Notes under the pieces: generated by a model
What the model saw: the letters and a program-made list of their open reading frames with translations, nothing else
Told to the model about the DNA's origin: nothing
Database searches by the model: none
Part shown: one piece after another, positions 13,558-27,029 of the stretch
Numbering within the stretch: the stretch's first letter is position 1
Layout of the letters: each line of letters opens with the position of its first letter
DNA from: Schizochytrium sp. TIO01
Lineage: Eukaryota > Protista > Bigyra: Labyrinthulomycetes
Assembly: GCA_004764695.1 (NCBI GenBank)
Contig: SMSO01000004.1
Location: 620,001 to 684,000 of the forward strand
DNA length: 64,000 bases
Direction of reading: 5' to 3'
Translations under genes and position numbers: made by a program

Positions 13558-14532
13558 CTCGCTCCAAGTCACGAGCCTGCGCTCCCTGGATCTCGCGCGC
13601 ACTCCCCGCGTGATCCAGCGTGAGAGAACTCGATTAGGGCGTTGGGATCCTCACCAAGCCGGTCAGAGGCTCGCTGCCCAGCCTCCCTGCAGCGCGATCT
13701 CAACAGGCGGCGCGAAGGGCGACATTCTCTATATTTTTTGAAGGTCTCGCAGACACGACACGAGCGCCAAGATCTCTTGTACGCCGGGGGTATCCATTTC
13801 AGGAGACGGCGTAGGAGCGGGGTCCAGGAGGAGAGAGGCTGGCCTCCTGTCTCAAGGCCTCACCCGCGAGCGGAAGGTGGTCCCGCTTGCGTAGAGGCCG
13901 AGCTTGGACGAAAGGCAGCAGCTTCGACACCAGGGGGAAAGAGGGAAAGAATCGATTGTCTTATTGTTGATGGTTTTTAATTTTGGTTTTTAATTTTTAA
14001 ACTGAAATCTTTAAATAATTCAAAGACAAAAGAAGCTTTTTAGATTTGCGTGCAGCAAGCATTCTCTTTTCCCTTTCTCTCTCTTTTATTGCTGCTACGA
14101 TATTTTTTAAAATTAAAAATAGTTGAAAAAATCAGGCCTTCCTCGAAAGAAAATAGAAAGGAGAAACCAATAGGTACCTGCGCTAGTCATCTACTCAACT
14201 TTATTCTCCGGAAGGCCAAGCAAACGCGGGTGGCCGAGGCAAGCGTGGTCCATCTCATCCTGCATCAATTTAGTTTGCCCTGGTCTGCCCTCCTCGCGTG
14301 TACGTCAGTCGCTGTTTTGGTCAGAACGCGAGGCCAAAACTTTTTTTTTTCTTTCTATCGCTCGGTTTAAACAGAAAGAGCTTTGAAGGTTGAATAAGCA
14401 CGCACAAACAGACCTATTCATCCATCCATTCTGTTGCCTGCACTTCAATTGCTCTAGTACGTGCTCTTTCTGCGAGGAAGGCGGCGAGAAAGACGCAGAG
14501 ACAGTAGGTAAGTAAGTAAGCTCTCACTGCGC

Positions 14533-14696
14533 TGATTGATTGAGTGAGTGATTGAGTGATTGATTGAGTGATTGAGTGAGTGAGTGATTGAGTGAGTGAT
14601 CGATTGATTGATTGATTGAGTGATTGAGTGATTGAGTGATTGATTGATTGATTGATTGATTGAGTGATTGAGTGATTGAGTGAGTGAGTGATTGAG
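14533..14696. repeat. Compound (TGAT)n/(TGAG)n microsatellite
   Basis: Interleaved tetramer repeats seen directly. Confidence 0.92.
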
Positions 14697-15456
14697 GTGC
14701 TTAAAAGAAACTGTTTTTTTTTTTCTCTCACCAAAGGAGAGAAGGAAAGGAAGTAAATTCTGCTGCTGTCTACAAAAGCCAACCCGCCACTTTGAGCCAG
14801 CGAGCCAGCTAGCCAGCCAGCCAGCCAATCAATCTGCCTGGTCCAAGCACGCGGTGACTTGAGTGCGAGCAGAAGGGACGAAGCCAAGGGCAGACAGTCC
14901 TGGGCTCCCGAAGGCAGAAGGCAGAGGCAGAGTGAGTGTTGGCTTACTTACTTCTCTTTCCGCCATCCCTCGCTTGAGGCCTTTCCTTCTCTCGTTTCTT
15001 TCCCTTTCCTTCCTTTTTATTTCTTTTCTTCTCTTTCACTGTTTTCTTCTCTCTTAGGTTTATCTCATCTCCGCATGAAAATCAGTTGAAGAAACAAAGC
15101 GAAAAGAGAAAGAAAGAAGATACTGATTGATACTAGCTTTGCGCCTATCTGCTCGCTAGGTCAGCTCTCAGTACCTGATACAGAAGGAGAAGGAGAAGAA
15201 AGAAGAAAGTAAGGGCCATTCACCACTCAGGAGGCTTTCCCTCTCGCAACGGCAGCGCGAACGTCCTTCGTCCTCTTCGTCCTCTCCCTGGCTGCCCACG
15301 CAAGCGAGTGCGTGCGTGCGTGCGTGCGTGCGAAGGGGTTCTTCGTGGCGAGCCTGTAAATCAGTCTGCCATCCGGACGCTCGCTTCCCCGCGCACGGCG
15401 TCTTCGGGATTGGCGTGCCCGCAACGACTGCAGTGGAGAAGCCCTCCAATTTCGTG

Positions 15457-15458
<2 letters not shown>

Positions 15459-15498
<40 letters not shown>

Positions 15499-15624
15499 GG
15501 TTTGTCTGTTTCTCTGTTTCTCTGTTCGTTCGTTTATTTGTTTGTTTCGTTTGTTTGTTTGTTTGTTTGTTTGTTCTTATCAATAGAAGTAGGGAGGGAG
15601 GAGACTACGCACATACTCACTACG

Positions 15625-15688
<64 letters not shown>

Positions 15689-15703
15689 GCTGCATACTGC
15701 ATA
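15459..15703. repeat. (CT)n, (TTTG)n and heptamer (ACTGCAT)n cluster
   Basis: (CT)n ~15459-15494, (TTTG)n ~15535-15574, about 11 ACTGCAT units ~15626-15703. Confidence 0.9.
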
Positions 15704-15942
15704 CACAAACATATACGTACTCGTTCTTCCCTGCCTGCCCCATCCATCTTTGGAGTCTGTTGTTTTGTTGTTAGAGTTGTTGGTTGTTGTGACTGCTTTG
15801 CTTCTCACTCTCCCTCTCTCTCCTCTCTCTCTTTGCGTCCTTCTTTCTTTTTCTGTCGCTGTAGTTTTGTGATCTTTTGATCTTTTACTACCAGCGAAAG
15901 AGAGAAAGAAGAAAGCTGGGGGAACTCAAGTTGGCTGGGTCG

Positions 15943-15966
15943 CAAACAAACAAACAAACAAACAAA

Positions 15967-15997
<31 letters not shown>

Positions 15998-16290
15998 ACA
16001 AACAAACAAACAAACAAATAAATAAACAAACAAACAGTCACAGATTAAGATTAAGAAGAAAGAAAAAGAGGACTAAACCAATCAACTCGAAAAGGAGGTA
16101 AACAAGGGACAACCGAAAGGACTAACGAACGCATACATCTCCCTAACCTAACCTAACAAACAAACAAACAAATAAATAAACAAACAAACAGTCACAGATT
16201 AAGATTAAGAAGAAAGAAAAAGAGGGCTAAACCAATCAACTCGAAAAGGAGGTAAACAAGGGACAACCGAAAGGACTAACGAACGCATAC
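15943..16290 (+). repeat. (CAAA/TAAA)n tract followed by a direct duplication with 154-bp period
   Basis: 16035-16136 matches 16189-16290 with one mismatch (A16072/G16226); each copy is preceded by CAAA/TAAA repeats. Confidence 0.95.
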
Positions 16291-16304
16291 TAGGGACCTA
16301 GTTC

Positions 16305-16692
<388 letters not shown>

Positions 16693-17813
16693 CGCCCTTT
16701 CTGGCTGTTCTCAGTCCGCAATTCTCTCTATTGTTTGGCTGCTTCTTTTGCTTTGCGACTTTATTATCTTTCTTTGTTTCAAGAGTTGAGGTGGCTCGAC
16801 CAAAGGATTAAAAGGCGCAGTGACAGCTTTTTCTCTTTCTCCTTTTGTCCGTATTCTTCCTTTCTACTTTCCGAAACATACTCCTCGGCTCCTTTCGTGC
16901 CGGCTGTTGTTGTCTCCCCAGTGTCAACTTTCCTCTTTGTGTGAGTTTTATACTGCGGACTTCGACTGCGGGAAACACAAAAGAGAATTTAGAAAAACGT
17001 CAAAAGGGGCACAAAGACTGAGGCTTGGAGAAAGGACACTGACTATTAGTCGATCGAGTAGAATCAGTGCATATCTGTGTAGTATTCGTTCACCAGTGCC
17101 TGTGGCCTTGCAATCACTCAAGCGAGCGATCCCGCTTAGACGCAAAGCATCTCTTCGCTCCCAGGGCGTGCGTCAATTTGTTTATTTTTGTATTACACTC
17201 CCCACAGCCACATCCACAAGCAAATCCCACACCGAGCCCTCCCCAAAAGAGGCCCGCACAACAATTATAGTTTCCCCTTTTCCATTCTTCCCCATTCTTT
17301 TTATTTTTAATTTTAAAAAAAAGTGGGAAAAAAAGGAAAAGGAGAGAAAAGAAAAAACATCATAATATAGCTGCAGCACTCACTGGTGGCCCCATCACTA
17401 GTGTAGTTACTACTGCTACTACTAACCTTACACTACTGGTGGGAGTAACCCCCCTTACTGTTAGGCTTTTTTCTTTTTCTTTGAATAAGAAAACAACTTT
17501 AAAGAGAAAGAAAGAGAAAGAAAGAAGAGAAGAAAGAGAAGAAAGAGAAGAAAGAGAAAGTAAAAGCTGTTTTTGCCATATCGCATTTTTTACACCTAGC
17601 TACTATTGCGTTACCCAGGGCTATCTATCGTTGTTCGCGGCTGCCTGTTTCTTTATCTTCTAAGGGAAGGGGATAAAGATAAAAGGCACGCACCAGCCAG
17701 TTCTTTTGTTTCATCACTGCAACAACAATAATAATATAGAGACAAGAAGAAGAAGAAGAGCAGAAAAGAAGTCTCTCTCTCCCCAATAAACAATAAACTA
17801 ACACAGAAAAAGG

Positions 17814-20800
17814 ATGCATGAAGACGAGCGAACGAGCAGTGTTGCCGCCATCGGCAAGTCGGCAAGCCTAGCGTGCGAAGCGGAGGAGAAACCGGAGGCT
17901 GCAATCTTATGCTCCATGAAGACCAGCCTCTTCGGTGGTGAGAGGCTGTCACGGAAAGGGTTAAACGTCGGCAACGAGCTTGATGCTGCCTGCGACAGCG
18001 TGGACACAGAACAGAAGAGCGAACAAACTCAGCATGGCGACAGTGCGAACGTCCATGAGAAAACAGAAACCCCGACAAAAGTAGCGAAGACAGGGGGCAC
18101 AGAGGCAGGGGGGCTTGCCGCAGTGGCCGCTGCAGCAGCTTGCCTCCTCAGCGATCAGGGAAGTGGCGCAAAAGACCTCGCGGATCTCTTGCCCAGCACG
18201 CGAACAACAACATTACTATCACCACCACCACCACCGCCACCACCAGCAACAACAGGTTTAGGGATTCTATCAGCTCTACTCAAAGAGAAGGCGGCTTCCT
18301 CACACAATCATAATAGAGGTGTAGGTAATACAGGTGCTGCCGACAAACCGGACGCGGTTTTATCATCAGCTTCAATCCTCAAAGTAAAGGAGCTCTTAGA
18401 AGCTGCAAGTCATTCTGAGCAGAAGAAAGAGCCTGCAAATGAAGCTGATTTTTCTCAAAAGAAAAATACGAAACAACATAGCAGCAACCAGTCCAGCAAC
18501 GAAGAGTTCAACAATAAAAATACGGACGATGATGGAGATGACGACGATGATGAAGAAGGAAATGATGGTAACAGCAGCTCCAACAGTAGCCATGGGAGTG
18601 ACGATGACGACGACGACGATAATGACGACGACGACGATGACGATGATGATGGCCATTCATCTGCAGATCAAAGCTCATTCGCTGATTCACACTCACATGC
18701 CAGCTCTCCCTCAAGCTCAACCTCTTCAAGGAGACGTTCGAATTTGCGTAATGCAAATCCAGACGCAGGGAAAGGCACTGAAGATGCCGCTCTTCAAGCA
18801 ACAACAACAACAACAACAGTAGCATCTGGTAAAAAATCTGATTCTGCTGATACGTCTACAGAAAACTACTCGAAAGCAAAGTCGATGCCATCTTCTGTTG
18901 AACCTACCAAAAATAAAGTATCGATGAAATCCAGCACAGATGCTGGTGGTCATGGTAATTCAAATAGTACAAACAGTACCAATAATGTCAACGGAAATAG
19001 TAACCTTGGCAAGGAAATGTATTTACAACAGAGCGGTGATGAGCTCGACTACATTCGAGTTGGAAGCGCTTTCCAAACAGAAATTCCTGATTATCTTGGA
19101 CCCGATGCCCCGAGGCCGAACGTGGAGGATCATGTCAAGGTAGTAGGGCTTCCCGATGTATGTTCGGTGCTTCCTAAATCCTCAGTCTTTCGCAACCCTC
19201 CATGGACGCCTCAGGAGAAGTCTGCTTTTGAAAAAGCTATTTACAAACATGGTGCAGATTTTTACATGGTACATAAAGAGCTCAATCGGATTCTAGTTGA
19301 GATGCGACAAATTAAAAAAACTGATAAAACTCTCCAAGCAGGCAAAGACAGGACACCATCTGACTCCAGCCAAGGGGGCTCTGAAAAGCCTGCTGCGCCT
19401 TCCAAAGGATCTCGTGCTCCAAAAGGCTCCGGTTCTGATAACAAATACTTTCGTCTCTACAACAGTCAGCTAGATGAACCTGTTCAAGGTGGAACCGAGT
19501 GGAGTGTCGCGCCTGTCAACTCCCCCCGCACTGTCAGAGACTGCATCCAATATTTTTATGACCAATTTCGATTGGCTCGGGGCTATGAAGCATGGCGAAA
19601 ACATGATGACAATCGCCACATTGCCAGAGAGCGAGCACTGATTGAAGCAGAACGCCTCGCGGCAAAGGAAGCGCGCCGTCAAAGGAGAATCGCTGCGAAA
19701 CGTGCTAAAGAAGAACGTGAGTCGAAACTTGGTCTTCGAACAACCCCTTCTGCTTCCTCCTATCCTTCAAGAAAGCGGAACTCCTCTAAAAACAACAATT
19801 CGAAAAAGCGCCCACGATCCAAGAGCGCCAAGGAATTCTCCAAAAAGCCAACCGCGGACCTCGCAACTTTGACAGGTCGAAATGCTGTGTTCAACTTGTC
19901 CCAAGAATACTTTCATGCTTCTCTTCTAATCCCTGGATCTCGTAGCAGCAAGCCGTGGTGTGATACATCGTGCGAATTCATGCCAGCAAGATCATCGGAT
20001 ATCCCCGAAGAGGATCTTCTTGACCATCTAATTCAAGAAAATACAGGCTCAAATGACCTCACAAAAGATCAAAAGGAGTTCTTGATTCAACGTAAAAAGG
20101 CCCTCGAAACTGATCCCTTAGCAGCCAATGCACCAACTTACTGCGTGTGTCACGGAGTTGATAAAGGTTTCATGGTCCTTTGTGCAACTTGCTCACGGTG
20201 GTATCATACGATATGCATGGGCTTGAGGAAGGACATGCTTGCTGATGGATCTATCTTTAACTGCGCATCTTGCTCACCCCCGCGACCTGAACTTGGAGGT
20301 ACACGGACTCCTGAGCTCAAGTTTCCTGCATCATGGAAAATCAAAACCCAGCGAGGTGAAAGCCCCTGGATTCTTATCGTTGCAGATGATGATCTCCCTG
20401 TGAAGCGGGTCTGTGTCCCTCATGAAAATATATCTCTTGATGGATTTCCTTCTAAAAGCTCAATTGCTGCAAAGTTATTAGGGACCGACTTAATGGCAGA
20501 CACCAACAGGGCGGATGCATCATCAGAAGACACAAAGTCCTCCTTTAAAACTTTTTCTGTCAAAGATGATACACTTTTACATCCAGAGACAGTCGATGCA
20601 AAACCCCTTGTAGGATCTTCCGTGAATACGCTTTCCAAAGAACAGTTCATTGTCCGTAAGGGCCAATGGGCTTTATTGGACTCTGTACCACACTCTCGCA
20701 ACTACACTATTCTTCTGGCCACGCGTAAAGTCCCGGTATGGAACCGAGAACAGAAGCAACTTTTAGGTGGACAAGTGTCACCTTCCGTTCATGAACTCCC

Positions 20801-23800
20801 CGTTTTACTTGAATCCAAGCCAAATTTTAAACCATGGCACGGTGCAATCCGCAAAAATGTTGTTCATTCAAATCGCCCTGTTCTGAAAAAGGGCACCAAG
20901 CGTAAAAGTAAGAAGATCGAACAAGTTGTTGTCCAAAAAACAAAACCTGAAAAGCGTCGCCGCACAAAAGAGGAAACCAAAACTGATGAAACAGAGGCAA
21001 AAACATCTACCCTAGCACCACCAGCACCACCAGCTCCGACTAAAGAAGAGGCCAATCTTCTTGCATCAGTTTCCGTAGCAACTGTTCCTTCCTCCTCCTC
21101 CTCCTCCTCCACCACCACCACCACCACTACCACATCGCGGGCTTCCCTACTTCGCATTCGAACACTAGCAAAACGCAGAGTGTCTCAGTTTATTCGAACC
21201 CTACCGCCAAGTTTCTTTGCCTACGCAAAGGGTGAGTTAAACCCCTCACCAAAGCCAGAAAAGCTACGTAAGACATCATCTTCTCCTGTTCCCAAATCAG
21301 GTCCGCAATCGACATCCCCAGAGCCCCTATCTACACCCTCGCCAGTTCCTCTACCAGTCCCGATGCACCTCATGAAACCTATTTCTCTTGCGTCCCAGTT
21401 GACAACAGCAACTACTAAGTCAAGTGCCAAGTCAAAAGAATCTCTTGCTACTTTAGCTGTCGCCTCTGCTCCCTCAACCTCCAACATCGCTGCTACAAAT
21501 TTCTCAAACACTCCTGCTTCACAACCAGCTTCTCAACAATCTTCTGTGTCTGCTTTCAGCCGAAAGACAAAGCAAGACACAAAGAAGCGGCCGCGTAAGG
21601 ATTCATCACCTTCAGCGAGCACTTCGTCTCAAACGATAAGACCTTTGCAGCAGACCATGCACCCTCAACCGATCCCAATGCTCCGGCCACTTTCCCTTTC
21701 TTCAGCTCAGCCAGTGATCTTCTCGCAGCACAATCCAATCGCTACCCCAGCAAACCCAGTGAAGCCCCCCACCATCAAGCCAAAGACAAAGACTAAGACC
21801 AAAACCAAAACCAAATCTAAGGCAAAGGTTCAAGCTCAAGCTCAAGCTCAACCAGTCCAGCCTCCCTACCCGCAGACAATCCACCCTCAACCTCTTCCAA
21901 TTCCTATTCAATCCCTTCAGTCGCATTTGCGCCCGGTTCCGCAGACGTCTTTGCCACCTTTTACATTGCAGCATCTTCCGCTACATCCACAACCTCTTTC
22001 ACAAATCTCAAGCCAATCTTCGTCGAAGTCAAAAACAAGCGCCAAAACGAAGCCGAAAGCAAAAGCAAAGGCTTCACAAGCTTCTGTTCCTACATTGAGC
22101 CACCCTCATCCTCAACCTCAACCTACGTCAAAGCTTCATCCTCTTCCTAGTTTCACTCCACAAGGCCATCTTCATCCACAGCCTCTGCCGATGCCAGTCG
22201 CACAGCTAAGGCAACGTCCCCAGCCTCATTTGCAGACGCAACCCCATGTTCAACCAAAACTTATACCTCGCAATCAGTCAAAATCTAAACCGAACGCCAA
22301 ATCCCCAAATCAATCCCAGATGCAAGCCCAAGTGCAACTACAGCAAAATCAAGCGTCACGTTCCTCTCAACCTCTTTCTCATCAGACTGCGCCGCACCCT
22401 ATTCCTCAAACGCAACATAATAAAACACAACCACCTGCACAGGCTTCGCAAATTTCAACACCAAATCTAAAACATGATCAAAAACAAGAGAAACATAGCC
22501 AACAACTCTCACAGCGGGTGCAGGAGCTTCAAGAACGGCAACAAGGAGAGCAGCAACGGCGCCACCAACAAAAAGAGGAGCAGGAAGATCAACACCAGCG
22601 TCGGCAGCTTCAACAGGAACGACAACAGAAGGCGCCACAGGAGGCGCAACAGGAACAGGAAGACCAGGAACAGCATCGTCAGAAGCAGCAAAGGGGACAC
22701 AAGGTGAAAGAGGCTACGCCATCAGAAGCAAAAGCAGTAGCCGACTCTCACAATTCATCTCTTGCAACACGACGCCCGGAGCCAAAACCTGAGCGAATGC
22801 ATCCTATGTCGCGCAATATTATTTCGCGTAGACATCAGAAGATTAAACAAGATTTGGAGAGTTTTGTGCATCGTACTATGACAGAAGCGAAGGCATCCTC
22901 TACTACAACATCCGCACTCAACTCCGGATCACAACATGAAACAGAAGGCTTATCGAAGCATAACAGCTCGACTTCACACCTCCAGCACCATTCGGGCAGC
23001 TCTTCTCATCATCATCACCACCATCATCATCACCACAAACACCATCATAACCACAATCATGTTGATGACAAGCAAAATCTCAAAGATACATCTGTGTCTT
23101 CCTCTGCCCATCACAATGACCAAAATGCAGACAAGCAGGGACCACACGCAGTTCTACAACAAGCTTATGCCTATCTGAGACCTGCAGATGACAAGACGCA
23201 ACATAATTTCGGTCTGCAAAATGCAGAGGATGGGAATAAGTCAGATCTGCAGCAGAGTATATTCCTTCAACAATTTCAACAACAGCAATCTAGTGAAGCT
23301 ACGCAGCCTTCCTCTACAGCTTCTATACAACCACAACAAAATTCCCATCAGAATCATAATGAACAGATCCAGCAACAGCAGGCATCTCAAAATGTAGACG
23401 AGGGAGCGCAACAGCAACGCGAGCAACAGGAACAAGAGCTCTTCTTTATTTTGCAACTCCCAGACGCATCCCTCTCACTTGCTCAAGAGGAACATCAGGA
23501 GCACCTACAGCAATTGATCAATGCTCAAAATGTGCAAATGGAAAAACGGTGCAATGGCCTATCTGGAGCCATGCTTGAGACTATTCGCCAAGTCGAAAGT
23601 TGGCTTCATTCACTCATGCAAGCCATCTTTAAGTTGCGATACTTCGATGTTCTAGGTCTTATTTGCAAGATGATTGAGTCAAACCAACAGCAGTTCTTCA
23701 CAACTCATCAAGAATGGCTCATGGGTCTTCAGCAAGAAGCTATCTCAACCATACAGCGCGTTTTGCAAGCTGGAGCCTCCAAAGCCCAATCGATTCAGAC

Positions 23801-24206
23801 AGAAGAAAAACAGTACGAAGATGCAATGTCTCCTTTGCAGTCCAATCTGCAGCTTGCTCTTCAGAGAATTAGTTTGCCTCAAGAGATGGCTCAGGAGATT
23901 TCACAGACGCTCGCATTTGCAGAATCTTTCCAGCAAGAGAGGAGCAAGTCTGGTGAAGTTGATCTTAAGGATGCACAAACAGACGCTCAGAATATCATCT
24001 CTCGAGCTGCTAACTCACTCATGCAAAACATGTCCTCAAACCAAGAGGTTCCCTCTTGGCAACAACCAAGCGAGCAGCAGGAGGGCCCTAATGTAGATGT
24101 TCAAAGTTCAAATAGCCAGGCGCAAGATTCGAGACAGAGTAATTCGTCTAACTCTGATCAACAACCCACTTCATTTAACTCCTTAGAGGAATACATGAAC
24201 TATATG

Positions 24207-24284
<78 letters not shown>

Positions 24285-24296
24285 CAACACCAGCAA

Positions 24297-24338
<42 letters not shown>

Positions 24339-24549
24339 CAACAACAGCAACACCACCAGCAGCAGCAGCAGCAACAACAACAACACCAGCAACAGCAACA
24401 TCAGCAGCAACAGCAACACCAGCAGCAACAGCAACACCAGCAGCAACAGCAACAACAGTACCAACAATACCAACTTCAGAATCAACAACAGCCACAAATG
24501 CAGCTGCAAGCAAATTATCAACAGCAGCAAACGACTGATTATCTGAACT

Positions 24550-24625
<76 letters not shown>

Positions 24626-24635
24626 ACAGCAGCAG

Positions 24636-24673
<38 letters not shown>

Positions 24674-25091
24674 ACAACAACAACAAGCTCAAGTTCAGCA
24701 ATCGCAAATGCATCAACCTCAACAGTTTCAGTATCAGAATCAACCCGCACAAGTTCAGCATTTGTATAACTCAAATCAATTGACAAATCAACAGGCAGCA
24801 GAGTTGCAGCAATTGCATCAGCTGCAGCAGCAGCAACAAATGCAACAGGATCAAATGCGGCAACAACAACTGCAGCAGCAACAAACCGAGCAACAAAACC
24901 AACTACAAATGCAGCAAATGCAGCAGATGCAGCAGAATAATTTGAACACTTTCTTGCATGGAAGTGGCATAAATATGGCAATAACCCCAGAACAACTTCA
25001 AAGAATGCACTTTCCACCTGCACAGCAGCTTACAGGGATGACATCTATTCAACAGCCTGTAGTGCATTTCATGCCTTACTACGGAAATTAA
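17814..25091 (+). CDS. Large nuclear chromatin protein with ELM2-like motif, SANT/Myb domain, PHD finger and C-terminal polyQ
   Basis: 2425-aa ORF. ELM2-like YIRVGSAFQTEIP (~19050); SANT WTPQEKSAFEKAIYKHGADFYMVHKEL...RTVRDCIQYFY; PHD C4HC3 YCVC...MVLCATCSRWYHTICM...FNCASC (~20139-20273); basic NLS-like runs; Pro/Gln-rich, poly-His and poly-Gln tracts. Confidence 0.85.
24206..24684 (+). repeat. Coding CAG/CAA repeat arrays (polyglutamine)
   Basis: Two long CAG/CAA blocks inside the CDS. Confidence 0.95.
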
Positions 25092-25344
25092 AAATAGTTG
25101 AAACATTTGTGATAATTATTAATTTTTGAGTCTGCTCCGTATATCTTCTCTGGCCTTTGAACATCTTCATCTTGTTCTCTCTTTTGAAAATTCTGATTGC
25201 TGCGTTGCTACAATCCAATAGTAGAACATCTTTGCAAAAACGAAACGAAAATAAAGCAAGAGCCAAGTAGAGCTTGTTTCTCCTCTCAAATAAATATATA
25301 TAAGCAACGATACTAAACGACTCCCTAATAAACTCTACGTGCAA

Positions 25345-27029
25345 TCACGGGCATTTATGATTAATAACTTTGGCTCCTTGCTCATCATATTCGGCCTTTG
25401 ATACCCACAAGCTGTCCAATGAGCTTAATGTGCTGATAATAGAACCCCCAATCCATGCGTTATACTTGCGGGCGTTCTGACCAGATACAATAATTCGTGG
25501 TTTAGCCCCACGTGCACGTACTGCAATTTCACAAGCAACGCGGTCTGCAAGCCCTGGAATTGCGGTAGGACCGCCTGCCAAGACGATATTTGCATACATG
25601 TCTCGACGAGAATCAGCGTTTGTCATGAACTGTGCAGACTTCACGATGATCTCCTGAATGGGTAAATTAGTCTCTGGCTGACCTAAAGGTTTTGTGTTAA
25701 ACAAGATCTCCACACCATCGCGAGCAGTGCGGGTAGCGCGTGGCACCACAGTGCCGTCTGGTAGTTCATATGTATCGTCAGTCTCTTCTGGCAGAGTGTC
25801 AGAAGCAATAAGCTCATCCGTGTTAGATTGAGTTGGGCGGGAAACTCTAGCGAGTGCTTGTGGATCAACGGGCGCCGCACGAGCGCGAGAATGTATAAGC
25901 TGGTCTACGATGTCGAGTTTCCAGAACCTGCTATATGACAAATGAGATGGGGCATCTCGGCGTGAGATAATGAGTGACCCGTCCCGAGCTGTTTTCCTTG
26001 TGAAAGTATACCTTGGATAAACAGAAATATTGTTAGCCTCAAGTCTGTCCAGAAGTACTTCAGAGATTTTTTTCCCGGCAACTGGGGAAAACTTGATGCT
26101 ATCTTTATGCACAAAACCATCTACGACCACGCATGCTGAAGACCTATCGCCACCTATATCAAGGACAATACCTGAGCTCCTTGCACAAGCATAGAGGTTT
26201 AAAGGGGCTGACTTGCTCGCAAAGAGCGCCGAAGCTCCAAATTTTTCAAAAAGCAGTTCTGCCAGGCGTTCTCTGTCTTGACTATCCACATCTAGGCTCT
26301 CCACAAGTAGATACCGACGATCCGCCTGCCGCTGTTGCTGTTGCTGTGCTGCCGCTGTTGCTGTTTATTACTGCTATCATCACCTTTCTCTTGCTGTTTC
26401 GACTCTTGTACTTTGTGTTGCTTCTCAAACTCAGCGTCTCCTCCGCCTGAGCTCCCAAACACCGCTGTCTCTGCATAGGATAGCAGGCTTTCCATCCCAG
26501 CCCAGTGCACAACCTTGCCGTCCTGCACGACATCCTTGAGCTGAAGTGACTCCCTATACGCGCCCAGCTCACTCCTTCCTGCTACTAGCTTGCCATCTTG
26601 TTGTACGCTCTGCTCCGAAACTCCTTCTTCGTTCCCAACCCCGTTGCTTCCCTTGTGGCCATTGTTGTGGCTCTGGCTGTGGACTTTGTTAACGCTATTC
26701 TGGGAGTTATTGTGTCTTCCCCTACTGCTCCTATGACTCTGTGAGTCGTCGTTGTCCGCGATGCTATCAGCATTGTCGTTGCTATCGACGCTGTTCTCAT
26801 TGTCCACGTTTCTGCCACCGTTTTTGTTGCTCTCGTAGTGCTGGCGACTCAGGTGGTAGGTGTTGTCCACGCCCACCACCGAGGGCGCGACAACCCTGGG
26901 CTGGTCCTCACCAGCTAAGCCATACTTGAGCGACCATGAACCAGGGTCTACCACAACGGTGACAGAATCCACACAGGCTTGCGCAGAGGTGGATGCACCA
27001 GAGGAATGAGGAGGATGGGAGTGCGCCAT
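25345..27029 (-). CDS. ARP4: Actin-related protein 4 (ARP4/ACTL6), split by a 1-nt deletion near 26347
   Basis: The upstream ORF carries VVDPGSWSLKYGLAGEDQPRVVAPSVVG. The downstream ORF carries LDIGG, VYPRYTFTRK, YELPDG and WIGGSII...WVSKAEYDEQGAKVINHKCP (ARP4-type KCP end). Adding one base in the CAG/CAA run joins them as QQQRQADRRYLLVESLD. First ATG at 27029. Confidence 0.88.

Noticed and set aside
16035-16290. Direct repeat as an LTR pair or CRISPR-like array
   Set aside because: Only two copies, no internal coding region, no TG...CA ends, no target-site duplication and no spacer series.
24175-25023. Poly-Ala/Val and poly-Leu minus-strand ORFs
   Set aside because: Antisense shadows of the polyQ-coding CAG/CAA repeats.
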